Assembly (NCBI GenBank): GCA_963782055.1 | Contig: CAWAIF010000003.1 | Span: forward strand, 1,120,001 to 1,184,000 | Source: an uncultured delta proteobacterium | GTDB lineage: Bacteria; Myxococcota_A; Polyangia; Polyangiales; Polyangiaceae | Reading direction: 5' to 3' | DNA: 64,000 nucleotides | In this document: in pieces, positions 48,180 through 57,938 of the stretch | Layout: each line of letters starts with the position of its first letter | How positions within the stretch are numbered: the first letter of the stretch is position 1 | The notes under the pieces: generated by a model | The model's database searches: none | Seen by the model: the letters and a program-made list of their open reading frames with translations, nothing else | What the model was told of the DNA's origin: nothing | Made by a program: the position numbers and the translations under genes

Positions 48180-48618
48180 CCCGACGCGTAGCGGAGGGCC
48201 CGCGTGGGGAGGGGCCCCGCCCAAATGACTTTGGGCGTGGAGGGTCGGCGCGTGCCGCCGTCGGCAAGCCCGACGCGTAGCGGAGGGCCCGCGTGGGGAG
48301 GTGCCCCGCCCAAATGACTTTGGGCGGGGAGGGGCGGCGCGTGCCGCCGTCGGCAAGCCCGACGCGAAGCGGAGGGCCCGCGTGGGGAGGTGCCCCGCCC
48401 AAATGACTTTGGGCGGGGAGGGGCGGCGCGTGCCGCCGTCGGCAAGCCCGACGCGAAGCGGAGGGCCCGCGTGGGGAGGGGCCCCGCCCAAATGACTTTG
48501 GGCGGGGAGGGTCGGCGCGTGCCACCGTCGGCAAGCCCGACGCGAAGCGGAGGGCCCGCGTGGGGAGGGGCCCCGCCCAAATTACTTTGGGCGGGGAGGG
48601 GCGGCGCGTGCCGCCCCT
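48180..48618. repeat. Five tandem 89-bp palindromic (REP/BIME-like) units, family B
   Basis: CCGACGCG recurs at 48181, 48270, 48359, 48448 and 48537; each unit holds CCCCGCCCAAA-TGAC-TTTGGGCGGGG (minor variants). Confidence 0.95.
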
Positions 48619-48622
48619 CCTG

Positions 48623-49753
48623 TTAACGATGCGCGGAGAGCCAGAGGTAGGCGAGGCCTGCCAGCGAGAGAGCCACCACGACCACGATCGCCAGGGAGGT
48701 GGCGGAGTGCCGGCCGACGGGAGAGCTCACCGGACCGGAGTCGGGCGGGGGAGGGCGCTCGGAGAGGGAGGAGGCCTCGACCGGCGGCGGGGGCTCGCTC
48801 GTGGCGCGCGTCTGCACCTCGTCGAAGTTCACCCGCGGCGGGACCGTATCGTCCACGTCCAGCCCGGAGAAGGACACCGCCATGCGCCGCACGTCGCACG
48901 CCTCGACGAAGGCATCGGACATCTCCTTCGCCGTCTGGAAGCGCTCCTTGCGATCTTTGTTGAGCGCCTTCTTCAGCCACGCCACCACCGTCGGCGGGAT
49001 GTCGGCGCGGAGCGTCGTTGGCTCCCGCGGCGGCTTGGTCGTGATGGAGACGATGATCTCGCCGACGGTGTCGCTCTCTTCATACGGCGGCTGGCCGGTG
49101 AGGCACTTGTAGGCGACGACGCCGAGCGAATACAAATCGCTGCGGCCGTCCACGTCCTTCTTCCCGAGCGCCTGCTCCGGGCTCATGAACATGGGCGTGC
49201 CGAGGAGCTGGCCGGTGATGGTGAGGTTGCCGCCCCCGGAGAGCTCCCGGTCCGCCCGGGCGATGCCGAAGTCCAGGAGCTTCACCGAGAAGCCGTCCTG
49301 CTCCTTGCAGAGGAAGACGTTCTCCGGCTTGAGGTCGCGGTGCACCACGCCGGCGGCGTGGGCGGCGGTGAGGCCCTTGCACGTCTCGACCACCACCTGC
49401 TTCACCAGGTCGATGGACAGGGGGCCCTCGCGCTCCAGGCGCTGCTCCAGCTCCTCGCCGCGCAGCAGCTCCATGGCGAGGTACGGGCGGCCGCCCTGAT
49501 CCTTGCCGTAGTCCAGGATCTTGACGACGTGCGGGTTCTGGATCGTCGCGGCGGCGGTCGCTTCCTGGTTGAAGCGCTTGAGCATCGTCTCGTCGCCGGC
49601 GGCGAAGGCGGCGTCCATGAACTTCACCGCCACGTCCACCTTCAGCGTGAGGTGGTGGGCGGTCCAGACGCTGGCCATGCCTCCCTGGCCCAGCTTCTGC
49701 ACCAGCCGAAAACGCCCGGCGATGACCTGTCCCGGCGAGCGCTCCACTCCCAT
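48623..49753 (-). CDS. Ser/Thr protein kinase with C-terminal TM segment
   Basis: '[10 protein letters not shown]', 'VAVK', 'HRDLKPEN', 'DFG', '[10 protein letters not shown]'. Confidence 0.95.
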   Translation of the reverse strand: MGVERSPGQVIAGRFRLVQKLGQGGMASVWTAHHLTLKVDVAVKFMDAAFAAGDETMLKRFNQEATAAATIQNPHVVKILDYGKDQGGRPYLAMELLRGEELEQRLEREGPLSIDLVKQVVVETCKGLTAAHAAGVVHRDLKPENVFLCKEQDGFSVKLLDFGIARADRELSGGGNLTITGQLLGTPMFMSPEQALGKKDVDGRSDLYSLGVVAYKCLTGQPPYEESDTVGEIIVSITTKPPREPTTLRADIPPTVVAWLKKALNKDRKERFQTAKEMSDAFVEACDVRRMAVSFSGLDVDDTVPPRVNFDEVQTRATSEPPPPVEASSLSERPPPPDSGPVSSPVGRHSATSLAIVVVVALSLAGLAYLWLSAHR

Positions 49754-49859
49754 CGGCGCGCTACGGTATCACGCCGCCAGACAGGGCTTTCGCCCTTTCA
49801 AAGCCCGACGCCTGACCGAGTCCCTTCCAGGACGGGATGGGAACGAGGTTCACCTCGTC

Positions 49860-50684
49860 TCAGAGGTCAGGGCCCTTGCGGTCGATGGCGTTCAGCAAGC
49901 CGTCGAAGGTGTCGCGCATCGCCCATGCCTGGGCGCTGGAGCTGGTGAGCTTGGAGGCCTTGTCCCGCCCGGCCTTCAGCGCATCCGTCGGGCCCTTGCA
50001 CGACGCGGGAAGGGTGCGCTCCAGCGTCTGCGCGGTGCTCTCGTAGGTGCTGTAGCAGGCGGCGAAGTTGCCGTCGTTGTAGAGGGGGGCGCCGATGTCG
50101 ATGGCGTCGTTGATCTTGTCCTGGATGCTGTTCAGGTCTGTCTTGCTGCAGCCATCCAGCGTCCTGACGGCGAAGACGGGGATGTTGCGCTTCACCGGCG
50201 GCAGGTACGGCTTGGGGGCGCCGCCGCCGTAGAGGCCGCCGGAGCCCGAACCGTAGCCTGAGCCGCCCGAGCCGCCTGAGCCGTAGCCCGACCCCGAGCC
50301 GTAGCTGTCGTAGCCGCTGCCGTAGCCGGAGCCGCCCGAGCCGTAGCCCGAGCCGCCCGAGCCGTAGCCGGAGCCGCCCGAGCCGTAGCCCGAGCCCGAG
50401 CCCGAGCCATAGCCTGAGCTGCCCGAGCCGTAGCCGGAGCCGCCCGAGCCGTAGCCCGAGCTGCCCGAGCCGCTGTACGCGTAGCTGGAGTGCTTGGGCG
50501 TCATGACCTGCCACGCGATGACGAGGCCGCCGATGGCGAACGCGGTGAGCAGCCCGCCCGCGAGGAGCAGCCACACCACCCAGTGCACGCCGGGCGCGCT
50601 CGGCGCCCCGTATTGCTGCGGGGGATACGGGTAGGCGGGCGGGGGGCCTTGGGGCGGCGGGTACTGGCCGTAGGGCGGCTGCAT
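49860..50684 (-). CDS. Membrane protein with Gly/Ser/Tyr repeat linker and small C-terminal helical domain
   Basis: Pro/Gln/Tyr N-terminus, one TM, (GSGYGSG)n, 'AIDIGAPLYNDGNFAACY...AWAMRDTFD'. Confidence 0.8.
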   Translation of the reverse strand: MQPPYGQYPPPQGPPPAYPYPPQQYGAPSAPGVHWVVWLLLAGGLLTAFAIGGLVIAWQVMTPKHSSYAYSGSGSSGYGSGGSGYGSGSSGYGSGSGSGYGSGGSGYGSGGSGYGSGGSGYGSGYDSYGSGSGYGSGGSGGSGYGSGSGGLYGGGAPKPYLPPVKRNIPVFAVRTLDGCSKTDLNSIQDKINDAIDIGAPLYNDGNFAACYSTYESTAQTLERTLPASCKGPTDALKAGRDKASKLTSSSAQAWAMRDTFDGLLNAIDRKGPDL

Positions 50685-50936
50685 CGGGTCTTTCAGGTGT
50701 GGTGTCGGAACATGGCCGGCGTCAAGCGTCGCGCGCCCGCAAACGACCGAAAAGGAAGTCCGGCCGGATCATACGCGTGCCCGCCCCTGACCTTCCATCC
50801 CGCCGGTCCAGACCGTTCGGCGTGGCCCGAGCCGCCCCGACACGGGCGCGCAGGATGCGATACGCTACCCGAGGGCCGGTCGTTACCCCTCCAATTGCTC
50901 GCCGCGAGCCCCCGTGATACCCAGCGACCCGCGCGA

Positions 50937-51722
50937 ATGACCCTCGTCGAAGCCCGCAACCTGCCGTCGCACGTCGGCATCATCATGGATGGCAACGGCC
51001 GGTGGGCCCAGCAGCGTGGCCTTCCGCGCGTGCAGGGTCACCGCAAGGGCTCGCAGGCGGTCCGCCGCATGGTGCGGATCGCGCGGCGGCTCGGCCTCCG
51101 CGCCCTCACCCTCTACGCCTTCAGCGAGCAGAACTGGGCGCGCCCCGGCGACGAGGTGGACGCCCTGATGGAGCTGCTGCGCGAGTTCCTGACGAGCGAG
51201 CGCGACGAGATCCTGGACAACGGCATCCGCCTCAACGCCGTCGGCAACCTGGGGCGGCTGCCGCACCTGGTCCGCGCCGTCCTCGAGCCGCTGCAGCGCG
51301 AGAGCGAGCCCAACAGCGAGATGACCCTCACCCTCGCCCTCTCGTACGGAGGCCGCGAGGAGATCGCCGCCGCCGCGCGCGAGCTGGCCCGCCGCGTGGC
51401 CGAGGGCCGCATCGATCTGGACGAGGTGACGGAAGACGCCCTTCACGGCCTGATGCCCAGCCTGAGCGTCGGCGATCCCGATCTGGTCATCCGCACCGGC
51501 GGCGAGCGCCGCATCTCCAACTTCCTGCTCTACGGCCTCGCCTACGCCGAGCTGTACTTCGCCGACGTGCTCTGGCCGGACTTCGAGGCCGAGGATCTCT
51601 TCGCCGCCATCGAGAGCTACCAGCAGCGTGAGCGCCGGTTCGGCAAGGTCGGCAAGCCCGCATCGCCGATCGCCAGCGCCGTGCAGGGCGCCTCGGCCAA
51701 GGTCACCCGCATCGCCCTCTGA
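50937..51722 (+). CDS. uppS: Undecaprenyl diphosphate synthase (isoprenyl transferase)
   Basis: 'HVGIIMDGNGRWA', 'LYAFSEQNWARP', 'YGGREEI', 'IRTGGERRISNFLL'. Confidence 0.97.
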   Translation: MTLVEARNLPSHVGIIMDGNGRWAQQRGLPRVQGHRKGSQAVRRMVRIARRLGLRALTLYAFSEQNWARPGDEVDALMELLREFLTSERDEILDNGIRLNAVGNLGRLPHLVRAVLEPLQRESEPNSEMTLTLALSYGGREEIAAAARELARRVAEGRIDLDEVTEDALHGLMPSLSVGDPDLVIRTGGERRISNFLLYGLAYAELYFADVLWPDFEAEDLFAAIESYQQRERRFGKVGKPASPIASAVQGASAKVTRIAL

Positions 51723-51740
51723 GCCCCGAGCGGATCTGCC

Positions 51741-52622
51741 GTGAAGACGCCCACCTCGGAAGAGAGCCCCACGGCGACCGAGGGAGCGCCGCCGCCGAAG
51801 AAGAGCGCGTCCAACCTGGCGGTGCGCCTGGCGACCGCCGCCGTCGCCGTCCCGCTGCTGCTGCTGCTTCTGTATCGCGGGCCCGCGTGGGGCCTCTACC
51901 TGCTCGTGCTGCCCGCGTCGGTCGTGGGCGCCTCCGAGCTGTTCGGCATGACCCACGCCGGCGACCGCGTCTCGCAAGGCATCGGGCTGGCGCTCACCGC
52001 CGCCGTCTCCGCGGCGATCTACTTCGGCGGACACGACGCGCGCGTGGTGCTGACGGTGCTGGCGATCGTGCCGGTGATCGGACCGCTGGTGACCCTCGCG
52101 CGGCTGGGCGACATCCACACCGCCGCCATCCGTTCCTTCGCGATGGGCCTCGGCCCCGTCTTCGTCGCCGTGCCGCTCACGTGGCTCGCCGTCATCCGCC
52201 GCGACCTCCCCGACGGCCCGAGCTACGTCGTCATGACGCTGATGTTCGCGTGGTTCAGCGACACCGGCGGCTACTTCGCCGGGCGCTTCCTCGGCAAGCA
52301 CAAGCTCTACGAGGTGGTGTCCCCCAAGAAGACGGTGGAGGGCGCCATCGGCGGTCTCGGGGGCGCGGCCGTCGGCGCGTGCCTGGCCCACTTCTGGTTC
52401 CTGCGCAGCATCCCGCTCGGGCACGCGCTGCTCCTGTCGCTGGTGGCCGGCGCGCTCGGGCAGGCAGGCGACCTGGGCGAGTCGCTCATCAAGCGAGCGA
52501 CGGGCGTGAAGGACTCCGGTCACATCGTGCCGGGGCACGGTGGCATCCTGGACCGGGTCGACGCGCTCCTGCTGACGAGCACCGTCGTCTACCTCTACAG
52601 CCTTTGGATCCCGGCAAACTAA
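51741..52622 (+). CDS. cdsA: Phosphatidate cytidylyltransferase
   Basis: 'SDTGGYFAG', 'SPKKTVEG', 'GDLGESLIKR...KDSG...PGHGGILDRVD'. Confidence 0.96.
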   Translation: MKTPTSEESPTATEGAPPPKKSASNLAVRLATAAVAVPLLLLLLYRGPAWGLYLLVLPASVVGASELFGMTHAGDRVSQGIGLALTAAVSAAIYFGGHDARVVLTVLAIVPVIGPLVTLARLGDIHTAAIRSFAMGLGPVFVAVPLTWLAVIRRDLPDGPSYVVMTLMFAWFSDTGGYFAGRFLGKHKLYEVVSPKKTVEGAIGGLGGAAVGACLAHFWFLRSIPLGHALLLSLVAGALGQAGDLGESLIKRATGVKDSGHIVPGHGGILDRVDALLLTSTVVYLYSLWIPAN

Positions 52623-52716
52623 CGCGTCGCGTCACGTCGCTTCTGAGTATGCTCCACCCGTTTCTGTCCGCGTCGCGGCTCGCGCCCCGCGGGCGACCCC
52701 CATCGACAAGGAAGCC

Positions 52717-54042
52717 ATGAGCAACAAGCCTCCCCCGAGCTCTTCCGCCATCCCGGCGGCCCCCGGATCCATGCGTTCGATCGGCAAGGAGTACGACTTC
52801 TTCCGCGTCATCCAGGATTACCTGGACACCGCGTCGAAGGTCATCAACCTGGCCCCGTACGTCTCGACCATCCTCAGCCAGCCGAAGAACGAGATCATCG
52901 TCAACTTCCCAGTCCGCATGGACAGCGGCGAGATTCGCCTCTTCAAGGGATACCGCGTCCAGCACAACAACCTGCTCGGCCCCTTCAAGGGCGGCATCCG
53001 CTACCACGCCAACGTCACCCTGGACGACGTCAAGGCGCTCTCCACGATGATGACGTGGAAGTGCTCGCTCATGGGTCTGCCGTACGGCGGCGGCAAGGGC
53101 GGCATCAAGTTCGACCCGCGCAGCGTGTCGCGCAACGAGCTGCAGCGCATCACGCGCCGCTTCACCCACGCCCTCGGCGAGAACATCGGGCCGGAGTACG
53201 ACGTCCCGGCGCCGGACATGGGCACCAACAGCCAGACCATGGCCTGGATGATGGACACCTACTCCAACATGGTGGGCTCCGCGCACAAGCAGAGCGTGAA
53301 GGGCGTCGTCACCGGCAAGCCCGTCGCCAGCGGCGGCACCCTCGGCCGCAGCAAGGCCACCGGCCAGGGCATGGTCCACTGCCTCACCGAGTGGGCGAAG
53401 GACAAGGGCTTCAACCTGGAAGGCTCGACGATGCTCGTCCAGGGCTTCGGCAACGTGGGCAGCCACTTCGCGGTGCTGCTCTCCAAGCTGGGCGTGTCCA
53501 CCATCGCCGTCGGCGATCACAGCGGGTACCTCTACAACCCGGAGGGCTTCAACGCCCACAAGCTGCAGGACCACGTCGAGAAGCACCACAGCATCGCCGG
53601 CTACCCCGGCGGGAAGCCCATCTCCCGCGAGGAGTTCTGGGCGACGAAGGCAGACATCTGCGCCCCCGCCGCCCTGGAGAACCAGATCGGCGAGGCGGAG
53701 GCTTCGGCCATCCAGGCGAAGGTGGTGGTGGAAGGCGCCAACGGCCCGACCAACCCCGCCGGCGAGAAGATCCTGCTCGAGCGCGGCATCGACATCCTGC
53801 CCGACGTGCTCGCCAACTCGGGCGGCGTGACGGTCAGCTACTACGAGTGGTGCCAGAACAAGCGCTCCGAGTTCTGGACGCTCGAAGAGGTGGACGACAA
53901 GCTGGAGACCGCGATGAAGCGCGTCTACCGCGACGTCGACAACGTGGCGCGCAGCCGCAAGGTGGACCGCCGCATCGCCGCGTACGCGCTGGCGCTGCAG
54001 CGCATCGAGGCGGTCTACAAGGAGCGCGAGATTTTCCCCTGA
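52717..54042 (+). CDS. gdhA: Glu/Leu/Phe/Val (glutamate) dehydrogenase
   Basis: 'GPFKGGIRYH', 'GGGKGG', 'VPAPDMGT', 'QGFGNVG', 'EGANGP', 'NSGGVTVSYYEW'. Confidence 0.93.
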   Translation: MSNKPPPSSSAIPAAPGSMRSIGKEYDFFRVIQDYLDTASKVINLAPYVSTILSQPKNEIIVNFPVRMDSGEIRLFKGYRVQHNNLLGPFKGGIRYHANVTLDDVKALSTMMTWKCSLMGLPYGGGKGGIKFDPRSVSRNELQRITRRFTHALGENIGPEYDVPAPDMGTNSQTMAWMMDTYSNMVGSAHKQSVKGVVTGKPVASGGTLGRSKATGQGMVHCLTEWAKDKGFNLEGSTMLVQGFGNVGSHFAVLLSKLGVSTIAVGDHSGYLYNPEGFNAHKLQDHVEKHHSIAGYPGGKPISREEFWATKADICAPAALENQIGEAEASAIQAKVVVEGANGPTNPAGEKILLERGIDILPDVLANSGGVTVSYYEWCQNKRSEFWTLEEVDDKLETAMKRVYRDVDNVARSRKVDRRIAAYALALQRIEAVYKEREIFP

Positions 54043-54336
54043 GGGGCGGCACGCGCCGCCCCTCCCCGCGGGGCCCTCCGCTACGCGTCGGGCGTTGCGG
54101 CCTGGGAGGATGTGGCCTCGGTTCATCTCCCTCTCAGGTCTTCTTGCAGGGGCGGCACGCGCCGCCCCTCCCCGCCCAAGTGAATTGGGCGGGGCCCCTC
54201 CCCACGCGGGCCCTCCGCTACGCGTCGGGCGTTGCGGCCTGGGAGGATGTGGCCTCGGTTCATCTCCGTCTCAGGTCTTCTTGCAGGGGCGGCACGCGCC
54301 GCCCCTCCCCGCGGGGCCCTCCGCTACGCGTCGGGC
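54043..54336. repeat. Mosaic of three family-B units separated by two near-identical linkers
   Basis: GGGGCGGCACGCGCCGCCCCTCCCC...GCCCTCCGCTACGCGTCGGG x3 (reverse complement of the 48-kb unit); linker CGTTGCGGCCTGGGAGGATGTGGCCTCGGTTCATCTCC(C/G)TCTCAGGTCTTCTTGCA x2. Confidence 0.93.
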
Positions 54337-54419
54337 GTGAGCGAGCGAGAGGGCCCGATCGGCCTGACGTGAACGGCGGCGGCGGGGTGCGGACTTTCTG
54401 GTAAGGTCCGCGCCTCGGC

Positions 54420-55280
54420 ATGTACGTCTCCACCCGGCTCGGACGCTGGTTCTACCGCGAGCACGGCAAGCCCGCGCGTGAGGGCGCGCCGGCGATCGTG
54501 CTGTGGCCCTCCTTCCTCTGCGACGGCTCCATGTGGGACGCGCAGGTGGGCCCGCTGTCCGAGCTCGGTCGCGTCCTCTGCTTCGACGGGCCCGGCCACG
54601 GCAAGAGCGAGCTGCCGCCGCCCTTCTCCCTGGACGACAACACCCGCGCCCTGCTCGATGCCTGCGACGCCCTGGGCGTCGACAAGCTGGTGCTCGTCGG
54701 CCTGTCCTGGGGCGGCATGGTCGGCATGCGCCTCGCGCTGCTGGCGCCCGACCGCGTGAAGGGCCTCGTCCTGCTGGACACCAGCGCCCAGGCGGAGCGC
54801 AAGCGCGACCGCGTGAAGTACCGCGCGCTCGCCTCCCTCTTCCGCCGCGCGGGCATGCCGCCGTGGCTGGTGGAGCGGCAGGTCGCGCCGAAGATGTTCG
54901 GGCGCACCACGCTCGCCACCCACCCGGAGATGTCCGCGCGCCTCTCGCGCGACGTGAACGGCTTCTCCCGCGAGGGCGTGTACCGCGCCAGCAAGGCCAT
55001 CTTCCGGCGGCCGGACGTCACCGCGGAGATCGCCGCCATCCGCGCGCCCACGCTGGTGCTCTGCGGGGAAGAGGACGTGGCCACCCCGCCGGCGCGCTCG
55101 CGCCTCATCGCCGACCGCATCCCCGGCGCGCGGCTGGAGATGGTGCCCGGCGCCGGACACCTCTCCGCCCTGGAGCAGCCGGACCGGGTGAACGCCGTCC
55201 TCGTGCCCTTCGTCCGGGAGGCAATCTCACCACCCCGACCCCCCGCTCCTCACGCACGAGAGGGGGCGAGCGACCGCTAG
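54420..55280 (+). CDS. Alpha/beta hydrolase (PcaD-like)
   Basis: 'FDGPGHGKS', 'GLSWGG', 'GEEDVATP', 'GAGHLS'. Confidence 0.9.
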   Translation: MYVSTRLGRWFYREHGKPAREGAPAIVLWPSFLCDGSMWDAQVGPLSELGRVLCFDGPGHGKSELPPPFSLDDNTRALLDACDALGVDKLVLVGLSWGGMVGMRLALLAPDRVKGLVLLDTSAQAERKRDRVKYRALASLFRRAGMPPWLVERQVAPKMFGRTTLATHPEMSARLSRDVNGFSREGVYRASKAIFRRPDVTAEIAAIRAPTLVLCGEEDVATPPARSRLIADRIPGARLEMVPGAGHLSALEQPDRVNAVLVPFVREAISPPRPPAPHAREGASDR

Positions 55281-55323
55281 CCCGGGTTTTGGGCCTCCGG
55301 ACGGGACGGAGTAGACTTCGCCC

Positions 55324-56247
55324 ATGCGCGCTCGCTTCCTCCTTGGCCTCGCCGCCGCGTTCTCGGGCGTCGTCGGGTGCTCGCTGGCCCTCTCGACGAG
55401 CGACGAGCAGTGCAAGACCGACGGCGACTGCGCCGCGCGGGGGGGCGCCTTCGCCGGCAGCGTGTGTCGCGACCGCGTGTGCGTGGCCTCGCCGGTGGAC
55501 GCCGGCGGCACCGAGGAAGCCCCGCCGGACGTGCAGCAGGTCGACCCCACGTGGGGCTGCCTCGGCAGCGTGACCTTTCCCACGGCGGTGAAGCCGCAGG
55601 TGACGGTGAAGGTCCCCTTCATCGATCTGGTCACCAAGGCCCCGATGACCGAGCTGACCATCAAGGTCTGCGCCAAGCTGGACGTGTCGTGCACCAGCCC
55701 GCTCGGCCAGCCGCTCACCCCCGACTCGAAGGGCGTCGTCACCGTGCCGAACGTCGCGGCGGGCTTCGACGGATACCTGGACGTGCAGAGCTCGCAGGCC
55801 CCGCCCGACGGTGGTCTGCCGGCGGTCGTCCCGTCGCTCGTCTTCTTCAACCCGCCGCTCGTCGACGACACGACCTACGCCACGATCCTGATGCTCACGC
55901 CCGCCACGCTCGCGCAGCTCGCGACGACGGCGGGCAACACCCTGGACCCGTCCCTCGGGGCGGCGTTCTACGGCGCGGTGGACTGCCAGTCCAAGTTCGC
56001 CGCCGACGTGGCGTGCACCATCGACCGCACCGACCCGCAGACGAAGGGCTTCTTCCTCGTCGGCGGCCTGCCCAGCGAGACCGCCTCCTCCACCGACTCC
56101 TCCGGGTACGGCGGCTTCATCAACGTGCCCACCGGCTACATCCGCCTCACCGCGACCGTCCACTCCACCAGCAAGCGCATCGGAGAGACGAGCGTGCTCG
56201 TGAGGCCGTCGACCATCAGCTACACCTTCCTCGTCCCCTCGCCATGA
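55324..56247 (+). CDS. Hypothetical Cys-containing lipoprotein
   Basis: Lipobox VVGC; 'QCKTDGDC', 'WGCLG', 'GGFINVP'; overlaps the kinase start. Confidence 0.8.
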   Translation: MRARFLLGLAAAFSGVVGCSLALSTSDEQCKTDGDCAARGGAFAGSVCRDRVCVASPVDAGGTEEAPPDVQQVDPTWGCLGSVTFPTAVKPQVTVKVPFIDLVTKAPMTELTIKVCAKLDVSCTSPLGQPLTPDSKGVVTVPNVAAGFDGYLDVQSSQAPPDGGLPAVVPSLVFFNPPLVDDTTYATILMLTPATLAQLATTAGNTLDPSLGAAFYGAVDCQSKFAADVACTIDRTDPQTKGFFLVGGLPSETASSTDSSGYGGFINVPTGYIRLTATVHSTSKRIGETSVLVRPSTISYTFLVPSP

Positions 56248-57938
56248 CCTCCCGCGCCCCCGCCGATCTCGAGCCGGAGAGCCTCGGTCGCTACAAGCCG
56301 ATCGCCATCCTCGGCCGCGGCGGCATGGCGCGCGTGCAGCTCGCCATCGCGCAGGGGCCCGCGGGCGTGAACAAGCTCCTGGTGCTCAAGGAGATCCGCC
56401 CCGAGCTGGCGCACGACGTCGAGTTCGTCACCATGTTCATGGACGAGGCCCGCCTCGCCGCGCGCCTCAGTCACCGCAACGTCCTGCACACCTACGAGGT
56501 GGGCCTGGAGCCCGGCGATCCGCCGCGCCCCTTCATGGTGATGGAGTACCTGGAGGGGCAGTCGCTGCAGGCGCTCACCTCGCGCATCGGTCGCTCGCGC
56601 ATGCCCCTGGCGATCCACCTGGCGATCCTCACGCAGGCGCTCGCCGGTCTCCACTACGCGCACGAGCTCGCCGACTACGACGGCACGCCGCTGCACGTCG
56701 TGCACCGCGACGTCAGCCCGCAGAACGTGTTCGTCTGCTACGACGGCCAGGTCAAGATCGTCGACTTCGGCATCGCGAAGGTCGCCGGCGCGGTGTCGCG
56801 CACCGAGACGGGCGTCTTCAAGGGGAAGCTGGGGTACATCGCGCCGGAGCAGATCGCCGCGCGCGAGGTGGATCGCCGGGCGGACATCTACAGCGTCGGG
56901 ATCATCCTGTGGGAAGCGCTGACGCAGCGCCGCCTCACCTCCGGCGACATCGAGGCGGTCGTCATCAGCAAGCGCACCCACGGCGACTACCCCTCCGCGC
57001 GCGCGCTGCGCCCGGAGGTGCCGGAGGCGCTGAGCGCGGTGGCCGCGCGGGCGATGGCGCCCAACCCCGACGACCGCTTCGCCACCGCCGCCGAGATGCA
57101 GGCCGCGCTGGAGTCGGCGATGGAGTCGACCGGCCTCCGCGCAGGCGTGCGCGAGGTGGGCGCCCTGTGCACCGAGGCCTTCGCCACCGAGCGCGAGCGC
57201 ATCCGGGCCATCATCGAGCGGCAGGTGGCCCTCGCCAGCGCCTCGGCGACGGGCGAGCTCGCGGCGGTGTCGCTGCCCGGCGTGCGGGAGGAGTCGGTGT
57301 CCATGCCGCCTCCCAGCCTGCCATCGGCGACGCCGCCGGAGATGGATGGCGCGGGCGGGGGGCCGGCCTCCTTCACCGTCACGCGCAAGGACGAGCTGCG
57401 GCCGCGCCGGGTCTGGGCTCTCGCCGGCGGGGGCGTGGTGCTCGCGGGCATCCTCGGCGCGGTGGTGGTGCTCGCCATGCGCGACACCTCCACGCCCGCG
57501 GCCACCCGCGCCGCCGGGCCGGTCCCCTCGCCGCCTCCCGCGCCCGCGTCCGCGTCCGCGCCCGCGCCCGCGACCATCGACCTGCACGTCTCCGCGGCGC
57601 CCGCCGCCGCGCGCATCACCCTCGACGGCACGCCCGTCTCGTCCAACCCCTTCCACGTGACGCTCAAGCGCGACGACTCCCTGCACAGGGTCTCCGCGTC
57701 GGCGCCCGGGTTCGTCACCGAGGATCGCATGGTCGCCTTCGACAAGGACGTCTCGCTCGACCTCTCCCTCCAGCGCGCGGCGGTGCATGGACCGCCCGTG
57801 GCGCCGCCGCCCGTCGCCGCGCCGAGCGCGAGCGCCGCGACCGGGGCGAAGCCGGGAGACGACCTTGGCGCGGGCACCAACATCCCCGTCGGTCCGCGGC
57901 CGAAGCACACCATCGACGAGAAGGATCCCTACAAATGA
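56244..57938 (+). CDS. Transmembrane Ser/Thr kinase with extracytoplasmic PEGA-like domain
   Basis: 'LGRGGMARV', 'HRDVSPQN', 'DFGIAK', 'KGKLGYIAPEQ'; TM; 'ARITLDG'. Confidence 0.93.
   Translation: MTSRAPADLEPESLGRYKPIAILGRGGMARVQLAIAQGPAGVNKLLVLKEIRPELAHDVEFVTMFMDEARLAARLSHRNVLHTYEVGLEPGDPPRPFMVMEYLEGQSLQALTSRIGRSRMPLAIHLAILTQALAGLHYAHELADYDGTPLHVVHRDVSPQNVFVCYDGQVKIVDFGIAKVAGAVSRTETGVFKGKLGYIAPEQIAAREVDRRADIYSVGIILWEALTQRRLTSGDIEAVVISKRTHGDYPSARALRPEVPEALSAVAARAMAPNPDDRFATAAEMQAALESAMESTGLRAGVREVGALCTEAFATERERIRAIIERQVALASASATGELAAVSLPGVREESVSMPPPSLPSATPPEMDGAGGGPASFTVTRKDELRPRRVWALAGGGVVLAGILGAVVVLAMRDTSTPAATRAAGPVPSPPPAPASASAPAPATIDLHVSAAPAAARITLDGTPVSSNPFHVTLKRDDSLHRVSASAPGFVTEDRMVAFDKDVSLDLSLQRAAVHGPPVAPPPVAAPSASAATGAKPGDDLGAGTNIPVGPRPKHTIDEKDPYK

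Noticed and set aside
48180..48618. CRISPR array
   Set aside because: Units are near-identical over the whole 89 bp with no unique spacers, and there are no cas genes in the window
47787..48626. Repetitive ORFs and N-terminal extension of Kal-Kce across the 89-bp array
   Set aside because: The period is not a multiple of 3 and all frames give Arg/Pro/Gly junk; Kal similarity starts at 48111
54043..54336. Mini-CRISPR (repeat-spacer-repeat)
   Set aside because: The two 'spacers' are the same sequence, and the repeats vary in length and match the REP-like family at 48 kb
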